Shown: in pieces, positions 49,560-62,200 of the stretch | Layout: each line of letters starts with the position of its first letter | Position numbering within the stretch: position 1 is the first letter of the stretch | Source of the DNA: Macrostomum hystrix | Lineage: Eukaryota; Animalia; Platyhelminthes | DNA length: 64,000 nt | Assembly: GCA_950097015.1 (NCBI GenBank) | Contig: CATNEN010000024.1 | Location: 2,108,001 to 2,172,000, forward strand | Direction of reading: 5' to 3' | The notes under the pieces: model-generated | What the model was told of the DNA's origin: nothing | What the model saw: only the letters and a program-made list of their open reading frames with translations | Databases searched by the model: none | Program-made: the position numbers and the translations under genes

Positions 49560-50260
49560 CGAGTGTTGGCGCATAGCAGGCCCATAGCACCGGGCGTCTA
49601 AGGTTTGTGCGGAGTCAGGGTCAGGCAGGCAGTCAGCACGGGGGGGTTTCACAAACTCGAAATTTCACAACGTCGAAAGCACCTTTCTTCATAAGCTCGA
49701 AATTTCATAAGCTCGAAACTTCACGTCAAAAACTAAAATAGCTCGTACCTTCACTAGGTCGAAACTTCATAAGTTCGAAATTTCACAACGTCGAAAGCTT
49801 TAGCAAGAGACTTTATAAGCTCGAAATTTCAAAAGCTCGAAACTTCATAAGCTTTTAGTTTTTAGTTTTCGACGTTGTGAAGTTTCGAGCTTATGAAATT
49901 TCGAGCTTATAAAGTCTCTTGCTAAAGCTTTCGACGTTATGAAATTTCGAGCTTACGAATTTTCGACCTTATGAAAAAAATGGCCTTTCGGTGTTGTGAA
50001 ATTTCGAGCTTGTGATAGCACCCCGTCAGCACATGGGCCGCGGACTCTTCGCCCTCGCCACAGAGACGGCGGTTGTTGGCGTACAGATGAGCCGCTGCGA
50101 GAGATCTTTTACGTCTTGATGTCTTGCGCCATCGACAATCCTCTCTTAGATATGTTGTCGGCTGCCTCATTGCCGGGCATCCCCGCGTGGCCCGGGGTCG
50201 AACACCCGACCTCTCGGTCATAATTCCCGGCTTGTTATTAAGTAAGTCTGTTAAAATGTT
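49560..50260 (-). mobile_element. Decayed I-group non-LTR retrotransposon fragment (RNase H end + CCHC knuckle), split by a MITE
   Basis: PGHAGMPGNEAADNISKRG (RNase H GHxGxxGNExAD motif), then RLCGEGEESAAHVLT|AC, which resumes beyond the MITE. Confidence 0.7.
49640..50024. mobile_element. 385-bp MITE/foldback element with GGGG termini and an 8-bp TSD (GTCAGCAC)
   Basis: TSD at 49632-49639 and 50025-50032. TIRs GGGG..TCACAA[A/G]CTCGAAATTTCACAAC. Both arms are built of ~15-bp AAGCTCGAAATTTCAT subrepeats in inverted orientation. Confidence 0.9.
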
Positions 50261-52515
50261 TTGTCTCGTATTACGCTCGTACAATAGCCACGAAGTAAAA
50301 TCGTTTAGCTGGTGTTATCAGCCAAGCCAGAGTTGATCTGCTTCCAAAAGACATGTGGGCTAGTTCGAGCGTACTTAGCGCCACGAAGGTCAGCCAGCTT
50401 AAGAAGGTCAATTAATACATAAATAAGTTGTAAAGTGAAGCATCGGCCAACTTAGCGGAGTGGAGCCAACAAGTGGCAGCATTTGGAATTCTCAAAAGCA
50501 AGCCCTCTCCTCACTAACTCTAATCCTGTGTTGTTGTCGCGAGGGTCATAAATATTGTTGGCACACGTAGCGCGTGCATGGGATTACAAATTCGGCCAGG
50601 AAATTCCCCAGGTTCCCAGGGGCCGCCAGATATGTGTCCATGCTTAAGAAGTACAAATGTCCAGGACAGTATGTGGATTACTTAAATTGGCCCTGATTCT
50701 TGTCAATGCTGCTTAATTTTTTTCGCCAAACAGTTGATTGTCCATTTTTTCAAAGCGTCCGTACAACAAAATTTTAAGTCGATGCCTTACAAATACACAG
50801 AAAAAGCTCGCAGCGGTTCTCCGTTGGCAATTTGATTAGAATAGTTAAAGTGCCATTAGTGTGCAAAAACTGTTTCCAAACAAAGGTAGTCCAATTGATT
50901 TCAATATTGACTAAACGCTCAAAATTCAGCGATCAATAGCTGCACTTTATCGAAGTGGAACTTTGTAATAACCACACTAAACACTGAATTATAGATCTTT
51001 TTATTGATTTACCCCTGCAATTATCTGGTTCAGTTTTTACGCTGCACACTTTCAACTGAAAGGAAAATGGTTACGATCGTATAGATATGTGAACAAGAAC
51101 TAATTTGATACTTTTAGTCAGTCAGAACTAGTTTATTTCGGAACTACAGTGGCAAGGCAGCCCCCACTGTGCCAACTGCGCAAACTGGTGTACAGCTTCC
51201 GAATGAACACTTTGCCAACCTTTCCGGTGCGGGCGCCAGCTCTGCAGTTTCTCTTGATTTCGTTTCTTCGTACTATGGGCACGTTTTTTTAATACCCTGT
51301 CTCTCTCGTCTTCTCTAATTTCGCTTTCAGTTTCTCTGTTATTCTCCATATTTTCTCGTCTGTCGCTTATTTGTAACGGTCTTTCTGTTAAGAACCCCAG
51401 CGACAGCTTGCGTTGCTGCAATTTTTGCACTTTCTAACTTGAATGCTGCAAGCAGCAAATTGACCCTCACAGGACAATACACTATTTTTAGACGCCAAGC
51501 TTATGCTCAAAATTTTCAAGTAGCTCCAGCAACCAAATCGTGCTCAAACAGTGGAGCACCCTTTCAGGCAGTTCTGAGCTAGGTTCTAAAAATATCCTTT
51601 CAATAGATAGGCCCTTCATTTTCTAAGCGCATTCTCACGGCAGGCAACCAGTATTCAGGCTGTTCAATTTATTGAATCACTTCATTCAAACCGGTCCTGA
51701 GCTGGGGGCTGCCTGTCACCTAGCCTCATCAGATGCCTTTTCTGCACCGCGAGGAGACATCAAAGAGAGAGCGGGGTTGGAAAAGTGCTGGTAAGTGCGC
51801 TAAAACTGAAGTGCGCCATATAGGATTGATAACACTCCTCACTGAAGCTCTCTAATCTAAATCTGTTCATTCGTCTGCCTCTCTGCCGCCAATCCCCCCT
51901 CGCACTTTCATAAATGACGGGCGCAACAACTTCAAGTACTCTTGATTCTCTTTCTAGCTGCAGCGACTCTCCACCTTTCAGCCCTCTCTCCTCTGTCCGC
52001 AGACCCTCTACTCCTTATCAGAGGCACGCGGGAATTGTGCAAGCGGGTAAGAGAAAAACCAGGGACAGAGAGAAATAGGAAAGGCCTGAATGGACAGAGC
52101 AGGAAACCCTCACCTGTCATTTCCCGACCCAACATCCAGGGCGGCCTCCTCCCAGCCCAGCCCAACCTCACACGCTTGAAGTACAAAAGTCTCCCCCCTA
52201 GTGACGGCCCGGACCGCCAATTGAAAGAATTTAAGGAAAGACAGAAGCAGGACTGAAAAAGAAAAGAAGAAGTCTGGCAGCGCCCCATCTTTCTAGCCAT
52301 TCCAAGTTCGCGTGTGCCTAGTCTGAAAGCCCCTTCCTCCGCTACTTTCCCGACTCTGCCTCGAAGCCTGAGCCCTCTGCCCTCGTTTTGAAGCACTAAA
52401 GCAGAACGAAGCGAAAGACGAAAGCAGCAGACAGGCTGTTCCAGGTTCTTTTCTCTCTGTCCTTCAGCTGTCTTTACTGGCCAAGCCTCGTCTGAGGGGA
52501 AGCCGTCTCGCCGCA

Positions 52516-53127
52516 ATGATGGAATTCACAAGCTGCGATGAGGAGGCTCCGGTCGGGGCTTCTGACATCGGCCTGACTAGGAGCCACCAGGTCGCTGCGC
52601 TGCAACAGGCCGAGTCGGCACAGTCCCTAGCTGCCAGCAGCAGCTGCAGCTGCAGCACCAGCGCCAGCACAAGCACCTGCGCTGATTTCAGCAGCGGCGG
52701 AGAGTGCAGCGCCTTCGAGGAGTCGACGGTGACCTCTGCTGCCAGACTGTCTCTGGCCCTTGACATCAGCGGCCAAGGTCTGCGTGGGCAGGTGTGCAGC
52801 CGTGGCAAGGCCTGCAGCGCGCTCAGCCTTACACTGCAGAACCAGCAGCCTCAGCAGCTGCAACAGCAGGCGGCCCTGCAGCAGCAGCAGCAGCAACAGC
52901 ACCAACAGAAGCAGCAACAGCAGTTGAAGCTCTATCCGGAGCTCAGCAGGCAGGGTCCGCGCCCTCGGCAGCAGCAGCAAGCGCGCAAGCGAAGCAACGC
53001 AATATCGGCCAAGTCTATGTCGTCCTACCTTGAGCATTACAAAGAGACCAAGACTGTCTATTTCGATGGTGTGCTCACTGGCGAAATACCTGTGCGGCGG
53101 TCACCAATGGTGCCCAGGTTTAAGTGA
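52516..53127 (+). CDS. Hypothetical Ser/Gln-rich ORF or exon (203 aa)
   Basis: ATG start, CAG/CAA polyQ and codon style like the bona fide exons in this window. No recognised domain and splicing unresolved. Confidence 0.45.
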   Translation: MMEFTSCDEEAPVGASDIGLTRSHQVAALQQAESAQSLAASSSCSCSTSASTSTCADFSSGGECSAFEESTVTSAARLSLALDISGQGLRGQVCSRGKACSALSLTLQNQQPQQLQQQAALQQQQQQQHQQKQQQQLKLYPELSRQGPRPRQQQQARKRSNAISAKSMSSYLEHYKETKTVYFDGVLTGEIPVRRSPMVPRFK

Positions 53128-54149
53128 ACCCTTTCGGATCGCTACATCTTCCGTCAAGCCGATTCTGGCTTGATTTCAGGCAGGGGCTGCCTCTGTATTT
53201 TTGTGCATTGTGCTCGTTCAATGCTTTTGTGTTTGCGTATTCATCTCCGTACATTAGCTGGTTCTCATGCGAGCACATCATTCTCTACTGCCCACAGAAG
53301 CAAGACTTGATGCATTAACATCGCTTGTTTTAGAATGCATCCTTCTACTCCGTTTGCAATGCCTACTCAAAAAGTAGCCTTAATTTTTTTAGCTTTTAAT
53401 TGATTCGAAACGCAGTCTGAGATTGCATTAATTTGACATGCTGGCACACGTTAACACTTTTTTGCTACTTCTGAAGCAATGCGGATCTGTTCCAACTGTA
53501 CAGACTGGTGAGACGTGCTGCGCTCATCATCATCACTTTTCGATGCCTTTTGTCGCATTCCTTTCCGTGTCCTCTGTCGTCAGGCGAGCATTTCCCATGG
53601 GAACCCCATCGCTGGAAAAATCTCTTATTGCTTCCTAAGAACAATTCTTTTTGTGCAATTTACTTGACTCTGGTCCTCTCCGCCAGATTAGGTTGCTTAG
53701 ATACTGTTGTTCTTTCCCGCTAAAGCATCTTCATCCGAACATGTTGTTGTGCAAATTATAACTTAACAATAAAATACGATTTCGGCCGAAAAATGCTTTC
53801 AAATGCAGCTTTGAAATCGTAATTATCTCTAAAGAAATTCTGCTAGACATTAACTGCGTTCTATGCGAATTAATTTATTTTGCACTTAGATTTCGCGGAG
53901 TCTGCGCAGTCTAAAAACTCGCGTCTGGTGGGCGCACACTTGTGAAAGTGCGTTGGAATTTTTGTTGTTGTAAAGTAGGCACTTATTTTTACGAATTTCA
54001 GCTTATCACTCACTCGATACTAGGTCTATATAGGTACTATATTAGGCCCACTGCGTACATCGTTACTATGAACAGCCGCAGAGGAAGTTAGAATTAATAA
54101 TAATAATAAATAAATAAATAATAATATGATGAAGAAAATATTAATAATA

Positions 54150-54463
54150 ATTTGGTGAGACTAGACCCGCAGCCAGCGAGGCGGCAATTCTGCTTATTCG
54201 CTGACTCCTGAGCACACACGCACAGATACTGTACGCAGGCACACGCTCACACAGGTGTGTACATCTGCCCTGACTTTCTCATCGTCAGGCAGTATTCACT
54301 TTCACTGTGCCTTGGAGGTTGGCCCTCAAGGGCGTAAATTGCACGACAAGCCCCCAAGCCTTCTCTCAACAGCTGCGCCCCAAAATGAATGTGGCCTCGT
54401 CGCGGAATCGAGCTCAGGGACCTTGTTGCTAGAGGCAAACGCGTTAGACCGCTCTGCCATTCC
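54150..54463 (-). mobile_element. SINE family A (tRNA-derived) with AT-rich tail
   Basis: Minus strand TGGCAGAGCGGTCTAACGCG...GAGCTCGATTCC; 3' end followed by (TTA)n/(TTTA)n-like sequence at ~54090-54150. Confidence 0.87.
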
Positions 54464-56459
54464 TGAATTGATCGCTTAGAATCAACATACCAGCTGAAGC
54501 TGAGCTATGGTATGAGCGAGGTCATGACATTTATTATTTTAACCTGAAGCTTGGCCTGACTTGATTTGGCCATAAGCAACCGACATACCTACAGCTGAGG
54601 GCCGAAAAAACGTGAATGCATGTCGAGTAGCCGAGGCTTTGTCTCTCGTTATGGCTAGCCTGCGCGTGTCGAAACAAAGTCGAAGCGGCCGACACGCACA
54701 CACCCTCTGCAATCGTCTATGGCCAAAAGTTATTTACCCGGCATAGTAATGCATGAGAATTTTCCATAGACATTCTGTAATGGGCAACTTGCATCGAAGC
54801 AGCAGCGAAAATCAGTTTTTCCTATCCGAATCCGACCAGCACCGACCCAGCCAAAACGCGCCAGTTATAACTATAACAGACGCCACGTGCGGTACACTTC
54901 CGAATCGATCAGCCTCTTGCACCCTAAAATATCATAATTCTGCTTTTTCGCCCTCATTTCGCCGCTTTTTTCTCGAACTCGTTCTTCAACGCGACCCCGA
55001 TTTCTGACGCACTTTTAGCTTCCATCGACCAGAGGAGACTTCCTACTGAGCTTCCCACTTCCCACTCCCTCCTGTCCATCAGCCAGGTGACGCCAGGTGA
55101 AGCCCCCCCACGGTGCCCGCAAGCGGCGGCCTGAAAAGCAATTTCCGCACAGAGATAAGCGATAAAGGAAGGCCGGCCAGGGAAGAGGGAAGTGGTAGCA
55201 GAAAGTACATGGTTGCTACGGGTAGCCACTGTGCTGCGGCTTCACATAACTGGGAGTCGCAGTTTACGCGGCTAACCTTGCCTCAGCCAAGGCTAACTCA
55301 TCTGTAGGACCAAGCCAATTATAGTTATGCTTTAGCCTAATATAATAGTTGCAAAGGTTGGGGTCAGGTCGGGTCATTGTGGCCTTAGTTAGTCCACCTC
55401 AGCACTGGTAGGTGAGAATACTAGGTAGGCAGTGGAGCATTGCGGAATTGAGTAAACTCAAACTTTCCTCCAAGTCTCTACCCATAGTCATGCGGTCTGT
55501 AAATAGAAAATGACACACCTATAGCACTAACAATACATTAGCTGACATGTCAGCAGTTGCTGCATGTTAGCGTGGGCGGACAAATCTCGTCTCAAAATTT
55601 CACTAACCTGCAAACTGTGCGGTTACGAGTACAAATTAGTTATTTTCCATTTTTCTCTAACTCTGAGTCATTTCTGGGGTTTTTTGGCGTGTTCTCGCGT
55701 GTTGGTAAAGTCTATTTTTAGGCGTAAACAGCAGGCTTGTAGTCTGTTGAATGCATACATTTATTTATGCGATCTGTTTCTGAGCACAGATTAACTTTCA
55801 GGAAGAATATTATCTGAGCTGGGCGTAAAGCCCAATTCCCTGCAGGTTTTGATAGTTCGATCATTCAAGGTGGAAAATGAAGTTTTCTAGAAAATAATGA
55901 AACATTTTCAGCTAGCTGGCGCCTGACTTTGGTACGAGCGTATGTTCATTTTTCCTCTTTCGATGATGAGCCAGCGTGCTCCGTTGCTATGCCCGGTTGG
56001 ACAGCTCTTTGATCTCACAAATGTGCGTCAGACATCGAACCCGAGAGTCTCATCCCTTCAGACTGAGATTTCAAAGCCCTCGGCTAATTAAAAGGCTTCT
56101 CAGACAGGGCAGCCAGACAAAAATGCATTATCTGCCCGGCGCACCTGGGGGAGCTAGCTCAGATTCTGAGCACTGAGCGCCGGTAATAGCCAGATGGCGA
56201 AGCCATAGGAATGAAAAACCGTTGAAAATTGTAAGTATGCTCAGAGACAAATTACTCCTTGAAATCGGTGCGTCAGACAAAATATTCTCGTCACATTATT
56301 TACGGACAGCTAAAGTGCAACTGCTTGCTTTTGCTTTTCGGCGATGCTAGCGAAGGACTGATGGCTTGGAATGGCAACAGTTTTTTTCAGAGAATTACGA
56401 AGAAAGCCGGTTAGACACACGAGAGTTTTCAAGGGCGAGATTGAGGAGAGGAGATTAGG

Positions 56460-57000
56460 GAGAGATGCGATAGGCAGAGATAAGACAGGGGAGAGATAAG
56501 ACATAAGAGGGGTGAAATCAGTGGAGGGATGAGATAGGTGAGAGGTGGGATAAGTTAGAGATGAATAGGTGAGAGATGAGATAACTGAGAGATGAGATAG
56601 GTAATAGCTTAGATAGGTGAGATAGGTAATAGCTTAGATAGGTGAGATAGGTAATAGCTTAGATAGGTGAGATAGATAATAGCTTAGATAGGTGAGATAG
56701 GTAATAGCTTAGATAGATGAGATAGGTGATAGGTGAGATAGGTTAGAGATAAGATTAGTGAGAGATGAGATAGGTGAGGGGCGAGATAGGTGATATGAGA
56801 GATACGTGAGATAAGTGAGATAGATGAACGATGAGATAGGTGAGAGATAAGACTAGTGAGAGATGAGATAGGTGAGGGACGAGAGGTGAGATAGGTGAGG
56901 GACGAGAGGTGAGATAGGTGATAGGTGAGATACGTGAGATAGGTGAGATAGATGAAAGATGAAATAGATGAGAGGTGGGATAGGTGATAGGTAAGATAAG
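56460..57000. repeat. Purine-rich GAGATAGGT-based low-complexity/minisatellite tract (includes a 25-bp unit x~5)
   Basis: Direct inspection. Confidence 0.9.
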
Positions 57001-57451
57001 TGAAGCGTCGGTTTGTTCTACTGTGAGTAGTATGGTAAGATTGTGGCAATTCAGCAATTCTGCGTCGGTCAGAAAGTCCCAAGCATGCAAGTCTTATCTC
57101 AGTCACCTATTTGTGAGTTGGAAAACAAGGCAGCACAATACCGAAGACTATCGTCTTGTTCGCCATGTCCCATTCTGTTTATGAAATAGTTCTAATGCAC
57201 TGGATACTTGGCAATGGCAGCAGCAGCAGCAGCAACAACTATTGCAAACACAGAAAGATGTTTCAGTTTATGAGGCTCATGACCCATACAAGGACCACTA
57301 GGAATTACGCATATAAGTTAAGTGAGTCGTTGTACCCATATTAGCAGAGTCCACCTGAATTTCTGAATCACGGCTCGTGCAAACCGTTCTATTGGCTTAA
57401 CAAATAAATTGTCAACTAATTTCAGCCCATAATACAGAGCAGTTAACTTTT

Positions 57452-57615
57452 CACCTGAAGGCTGCGTACTGCTGTTCAGTCCATGGACTGGTGGGACGTC
57501 ACACCCAGCAGAGTTAAGTGCATCGTTGAAGGACACAAACTGTTCCAGTGGAGTCGGGAATCGAACCCCCGACCTTCAAGTCGTGAGTCCGACGCTATAG
57601 CCGCTAGGCTACCAG
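57452..57615 (-). mobile_element. SINE family B copy with a partial CORE-like domain
   Basis: Same tRNA head (GTCGGACTCACGACTTGAAGGTCGGGGGTTCGATTCCCGACTCCACTGGAACA), then TTGTGTCCTT...CACTTAACTCTGC, then the 3' module. Confidence 0.85.
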
Positions 57616-59208
57616 CCTTCTGTAGGCATACACACAATGCAAAACATGCAATACATACAATCCGACATGCAGTCCTAACTGCCTTTTTTCCCAAATCCAG
57701 CCAGTGGTAGCTCATGTTTGGCCCACAGCGCATTGATTCAGAACTCAGAACCTCTTTGTCCGGACCTCAGACCAAATTGCGCTATGTAGAAGTAAAAGTA
57801 ATCGATCAACTTTTTTAAGAGACCGCATATCGTAGTAAGATAGCAACTAACGTCCTAAAACTAAACTCTTAAAACTGTTTTACGAAGAAGCCAAGAAAGG
57901 CTTAGAGACAAAGATACAAATCAGGAGGCGGCAACTGACAAGAGCTACCACAGCGCCGGTGCATGCGCACAGTGAGTGCTGTGCAGGGGCAGCAGAGCTG
58001 CGATGCAGTTTTTCTCTCTCAGTCTGCCAAGGGGCATGCGGGCCAACCCGGCCTCGGAGGCAACCCTGTTGGCTTATCGAGGACTGCGGGCCCTGAAGCG
58101 GTTGAAATAGCTAGTACAGCCGTGAGGGCACCCCGATTGGAAAGTACATTGCCCCGCAAGGCTCTGCCTCAGATTGCGCAGTGATTGGAGCCAGGCAGAC
58201 AATACAGCAGAATAGTAAGTAGGCCCCCCATAGCGCATATCAGCCGCGCGCACCAGTTTCTGCTCGCGTGTCCAGCAATGAGTGCGCACATTATCAACAC
58301 ATATAAGGACTGTCAACGGAAGGTTTAGAAAAAAATCACCCAATTCCGCGCAAATAATCGCGCCTCAGCTTATCGCGCCCCAAATGCAGGCTGCTCTTAA
58401 CTAGATTCTCCTGGCCTGCCTAACTTGATAATACGAGATAAAACTGGTGTTGACTGCTGATGCTATTATACTGCGTGGCTTCGTTGAAGCTGGCATCTGC
58501 AGAGTATCAACAACGTCTGCTTTGAATTTTGAACCGCTCAGTGAAAACTGAAAACTCTAATAATGAATTTCGTTTACTCTAGAAATGTAAGTCAAATTGT
58601 AATACATATTTTTATATTTTTTTCCTTAAGCTGCAGAGTAAATCTTATTTTAATACACTTTTTTATAACAACAAGTAAACAGAAGTTTTTCCAGCAGTGT
58701 AATAAACGCAGGCATTACCTTGGGTTATGCTTGATTAGCATAGCATGTTGGCTGTGCGACCACATGTAAACAAGGCTTTTCAGCGCACTCCACTAGTACA
58801 GCTGCACTAGACTGGTCTGCCGCAGCCCTATCTCTCCCTTTTCTCCTCCCCTATCTGCCGCCGTTACTTGTATTTCAAATCCAGACAGACACCGGCAGAG
58901 AGAAGACGAGATCTCGCTAGATCACTGGCCTCTTATCTCAGACCGCAAGTGTGCGCAGAGTAGGCTAGTGGCCGTGTGTGTGTGTGCGCAAGGTGACGAA
59001 GGTGACTCTTGGCAGGTGGCCTCAGCTGCGAGTTAGATAGGGAATATAGAAAATTAGAACACTGACTAGTGGGACCGACTCCTAGGATAGAGACAGGGAC
59101 AATTGAGCCTGCCTGTTGCGGCTTGGGTTTCTGGGACTGGCTGCTGTCCTCATAAGTAAAATATCCGCAGCGATACGGATCAATCCGGAGTCTAGACAAA
59201 CAGAATTC

Positions 59209-62200
59209 ATGATTTCGCGCACCTTCTGTTCAAAATTATCAACGCAGCACTCGGCTCTCGATAGCTATCTGATGAGCGACATGGCTCCACCAGCTTCAGC
59301 TGTGCCAGCGTCGGCTGTCAAGCGGGAAGTGCTGAATCCCGGCTTGGGCCCAAGTGACTGCCAGTCGCCTCCAAGCGAATCGTCGGGCACCACGCAGACT
59401 TCTTTAACGGAGACAACTTCCTGGGAGCTGCAGTCGTTGTCTCTTCCACAGCGCAGGAAGCGTCGTTGCAAGGTGCTGACGCAAGAAGCGCAAGGTAATC
59501 AAGCTGCTGACTCAAGTGAACAGCATCTACTGCAATTTCACCAGCAGCCGGATCCACAGCTGCAGCATCAGCAGCAGCAGCAACAGCAACAACTGTGCAG
59601 TGTCTGCGGAGACAAAGCTCTCGGATTTAACTTCGACGCCGTCACCTGCGAGTCGTGCAAAGCATTCTTTCGTAGAAATGCCATCAAAGAAAAGGTGAAA
59701 AATGCCGGCTTGTGAACTAACGGGTTCAATTACTCTGAGAATCTGGCAAAAGAATGGCTTACTGCGCCAGGCCGCGTATTGATAGTAGTTTCTAGTTTTA
59801 CATCTAATTAAGACTTCTTAATTAGTCTCACAAGCTTTCGTGCACTAAATTTTAGCCCCATCAGTGCAATTTCGACGGAAATTGCGAAGTGACCGTCACG
59901 ACTAGGAAATTCTGTCCAGCTTGCAGACTCACCAAGTGTTTCCGTGTCGGTATGAAGAAAGAGTGGATTCTGGGTGAGTTTTCTGTACGGATGCCTAGAA
60001 GGAAATTACGATTGGTATGGATAAAAATGAGCAGAAGTTTAGAGTTGTTGAGAGCAGTTTTTGATTGAATGTTATGCCGGAATGCTAGGATGCCAGATAA
60101 ACTCATGGACCACTAGGAGTAGACTAGGAGGATTATTCTACTCCTAGTGGTCCTAGGATTAAAAGTTAACATTTTATTAAGGTAACTGATGTGTCTGTAG
60201 CTTGCACCTCAATGGAGACGAAGTAATGCTTAATGGGAGTGTGACATGAAGTCCCTTTTGGTGCGTGTATTTGTAACAAGAGATTTTAAACCCTAGAAAG
60301 GATATCGAATCGCTGTAGTTGACGCATTTCGACTCGTTGACTGTGACTCGCTTTTCGACAAGGCGGGTTCGCACCGCGGACAGTCGCTTTTCCAGGGCAG
60401 CGGCATCTGGGGCATGAACCAGGATTTCATCTTGATAGATCCCTTGATGTCGGCTAGGATGTCCTCCATGTTTCTCTGGAAGATGAACGAAGCGTTCTTC
60501 ATCCCCATTTGCAATCTGTTGACCCGATATAAACCGCGAGACGTGTTGATGATGGACAGGTCTCGTGCTGCTTCGTCCAGTTCAATCTGCCAATAGGCAG
60601 CGCGAAGGTCCACCGTAGCGAAGACCTTGGCGTTCTTCAAGCGAGAGAATATGACTTCTACATTTGGGATTGGGTGTGAGTCGGATTTGATTTTTTCATT
60701 GACGTGTACGCTGTAGTCGGCGCACATGCGCAACGTCCCATCCTTTTTCTTTACCCATACGACGGGCGATGCGTTGCTCACGGGCCCCTCGATTGGTTCA
60801 ATTATTCCTAGCTGTTGCAAGCGGTCCAGCTCCGCATTGACTTGCGCCTCTATGGCGATGGGTACTGCACGAGCCCGGCAGAACTTCGGCTTGGCACCTT
60901 CGACGAGTTCCATGCGTGCCTTTATCCCTCTTATTGCAGGCAAGGGTTGTTGGCCACTGCGGCTATGGCTTGAAGATGCAGGCGAGGCGTGAAACAGGCC
61001 ATCGGAATCTAGTAAGTCGCGGCCAAGCAAGCCGTATGGCTTGTTCGAGGCGACTACGATCAGTTCTGCCGGATGCAGGCGACCGCGCAGCTCTACGGCA
61101 GCTGAGAGCTTCCCCCAGCGAATGCATCACATGGCCGTCGAATGCTTCGAGTCGACGAGAGCACTCCTGGAGCTGCGGCCGGCCAAGTGACGTCCATTGT
61201 GAGCTTGAGAGCACCGAGACGGAGGCTCCGGTGTCGATTTGCATGTTTATTGGCTTGCCGTCAATGGCTATGGGCTCGGTGACAACGCCGATAGCATGCA
61301 CATAGTCCGCATCGCAGATGTGCATCAGGGGATCTGTGGCCCTTTCGTTGGGACTTGCGTCCTGATCCATTGAATTGGCGGCATAATGCACCAGACGAGA
61401 GGATGACGAGCGGCATACATTGGCAAAATGGTTCTTCTTGCCGCACTTGGAGCAGTCTTTACCAAAGGCAGGGCACCGGCCCTCAGAATGCGACTTCCCG
61501 CAGTAGCGGCAGTCACGGACACGGCGAGTGCTGGCGTGTTTTGAATTCTGAGGTTGTTCGGGGTGCCGCGAGTGAGAAAAGTGCACTGTGGACTCGCAGT
61601 CCGGATTCGCTGATAAGCTCGCTGATGAGAGCTGAGGGGGAGAGGCGCTTTCGACGATCGGGCGAGCTTGATTAGTTGTCGAGACAAAGGATGACATCTG
61701 TTCCTGAGTACGAATAAAGTCAGAAATTTCCAAGACTGTCATAGGCTTGATTTGCATAGCTTCGAGTACGCGTTGCTGTACGCGAGAGTCACAGAGGCCA
61801 GAGACTAAGGCCATATTTATTAACTCGTCAGAAGGACTACTAGCTGTCTTTAAGTCGTCAAACTTAGTCCTTCGCAGCCTGACGTAGGCGACTCACGAAG
61901 TCGGTAATGGACTCTTTAATGGTGCTTGTCGAACCGAGAAGAAACGAACACGTTCGGCAATAGTAAGTTTTTCTTTGGGTCGCAAATAATTCAGCAATTC
62001 CTCTTGAATTTCTGTGAATGTCAGAGCAGTAATGGCTCGCGGCGAGATTGGATTCTGTAACTTTTCCACAGCGCTGAGGCCGCAACAGGCTAGGAAGTTG
62101 TCAGCAATGTATTTCCTGTCGTTCTTGTCTTCCCATCCTTTGGCGCGAGCTAAAGCCTCGTAAGCGATGAGCCAAGTCTGCGCGCGAGCCGCATGTTCCA

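Noticed and set aside
51942-52460. Lys/Arg-rich coding-like stretch upstream of the polyQ ORF
   Set aside because: Interrupted by stops, no recognisable domain and no convincing splice signals.
54262-54292. Hammerhead-like CTGACGA...GAAA in SINE family A (minus strand), tempting because Schistosoma SINE-like repeats carry hammerheads
   Set aside because: Only 3 nt separate the two core motifs (no stem II), and I found no NUH cleavage triplet with matching stems I and III; the segment folds better as a simple hairpin. An Infernal search would settle it.
58074-58343. PTYYSAVLSAWL resembles an L1/Tx1 ORF2 C-terminal motif
   Set aside because: A single short motif with no neighbouring RT or endonuclease evidence.
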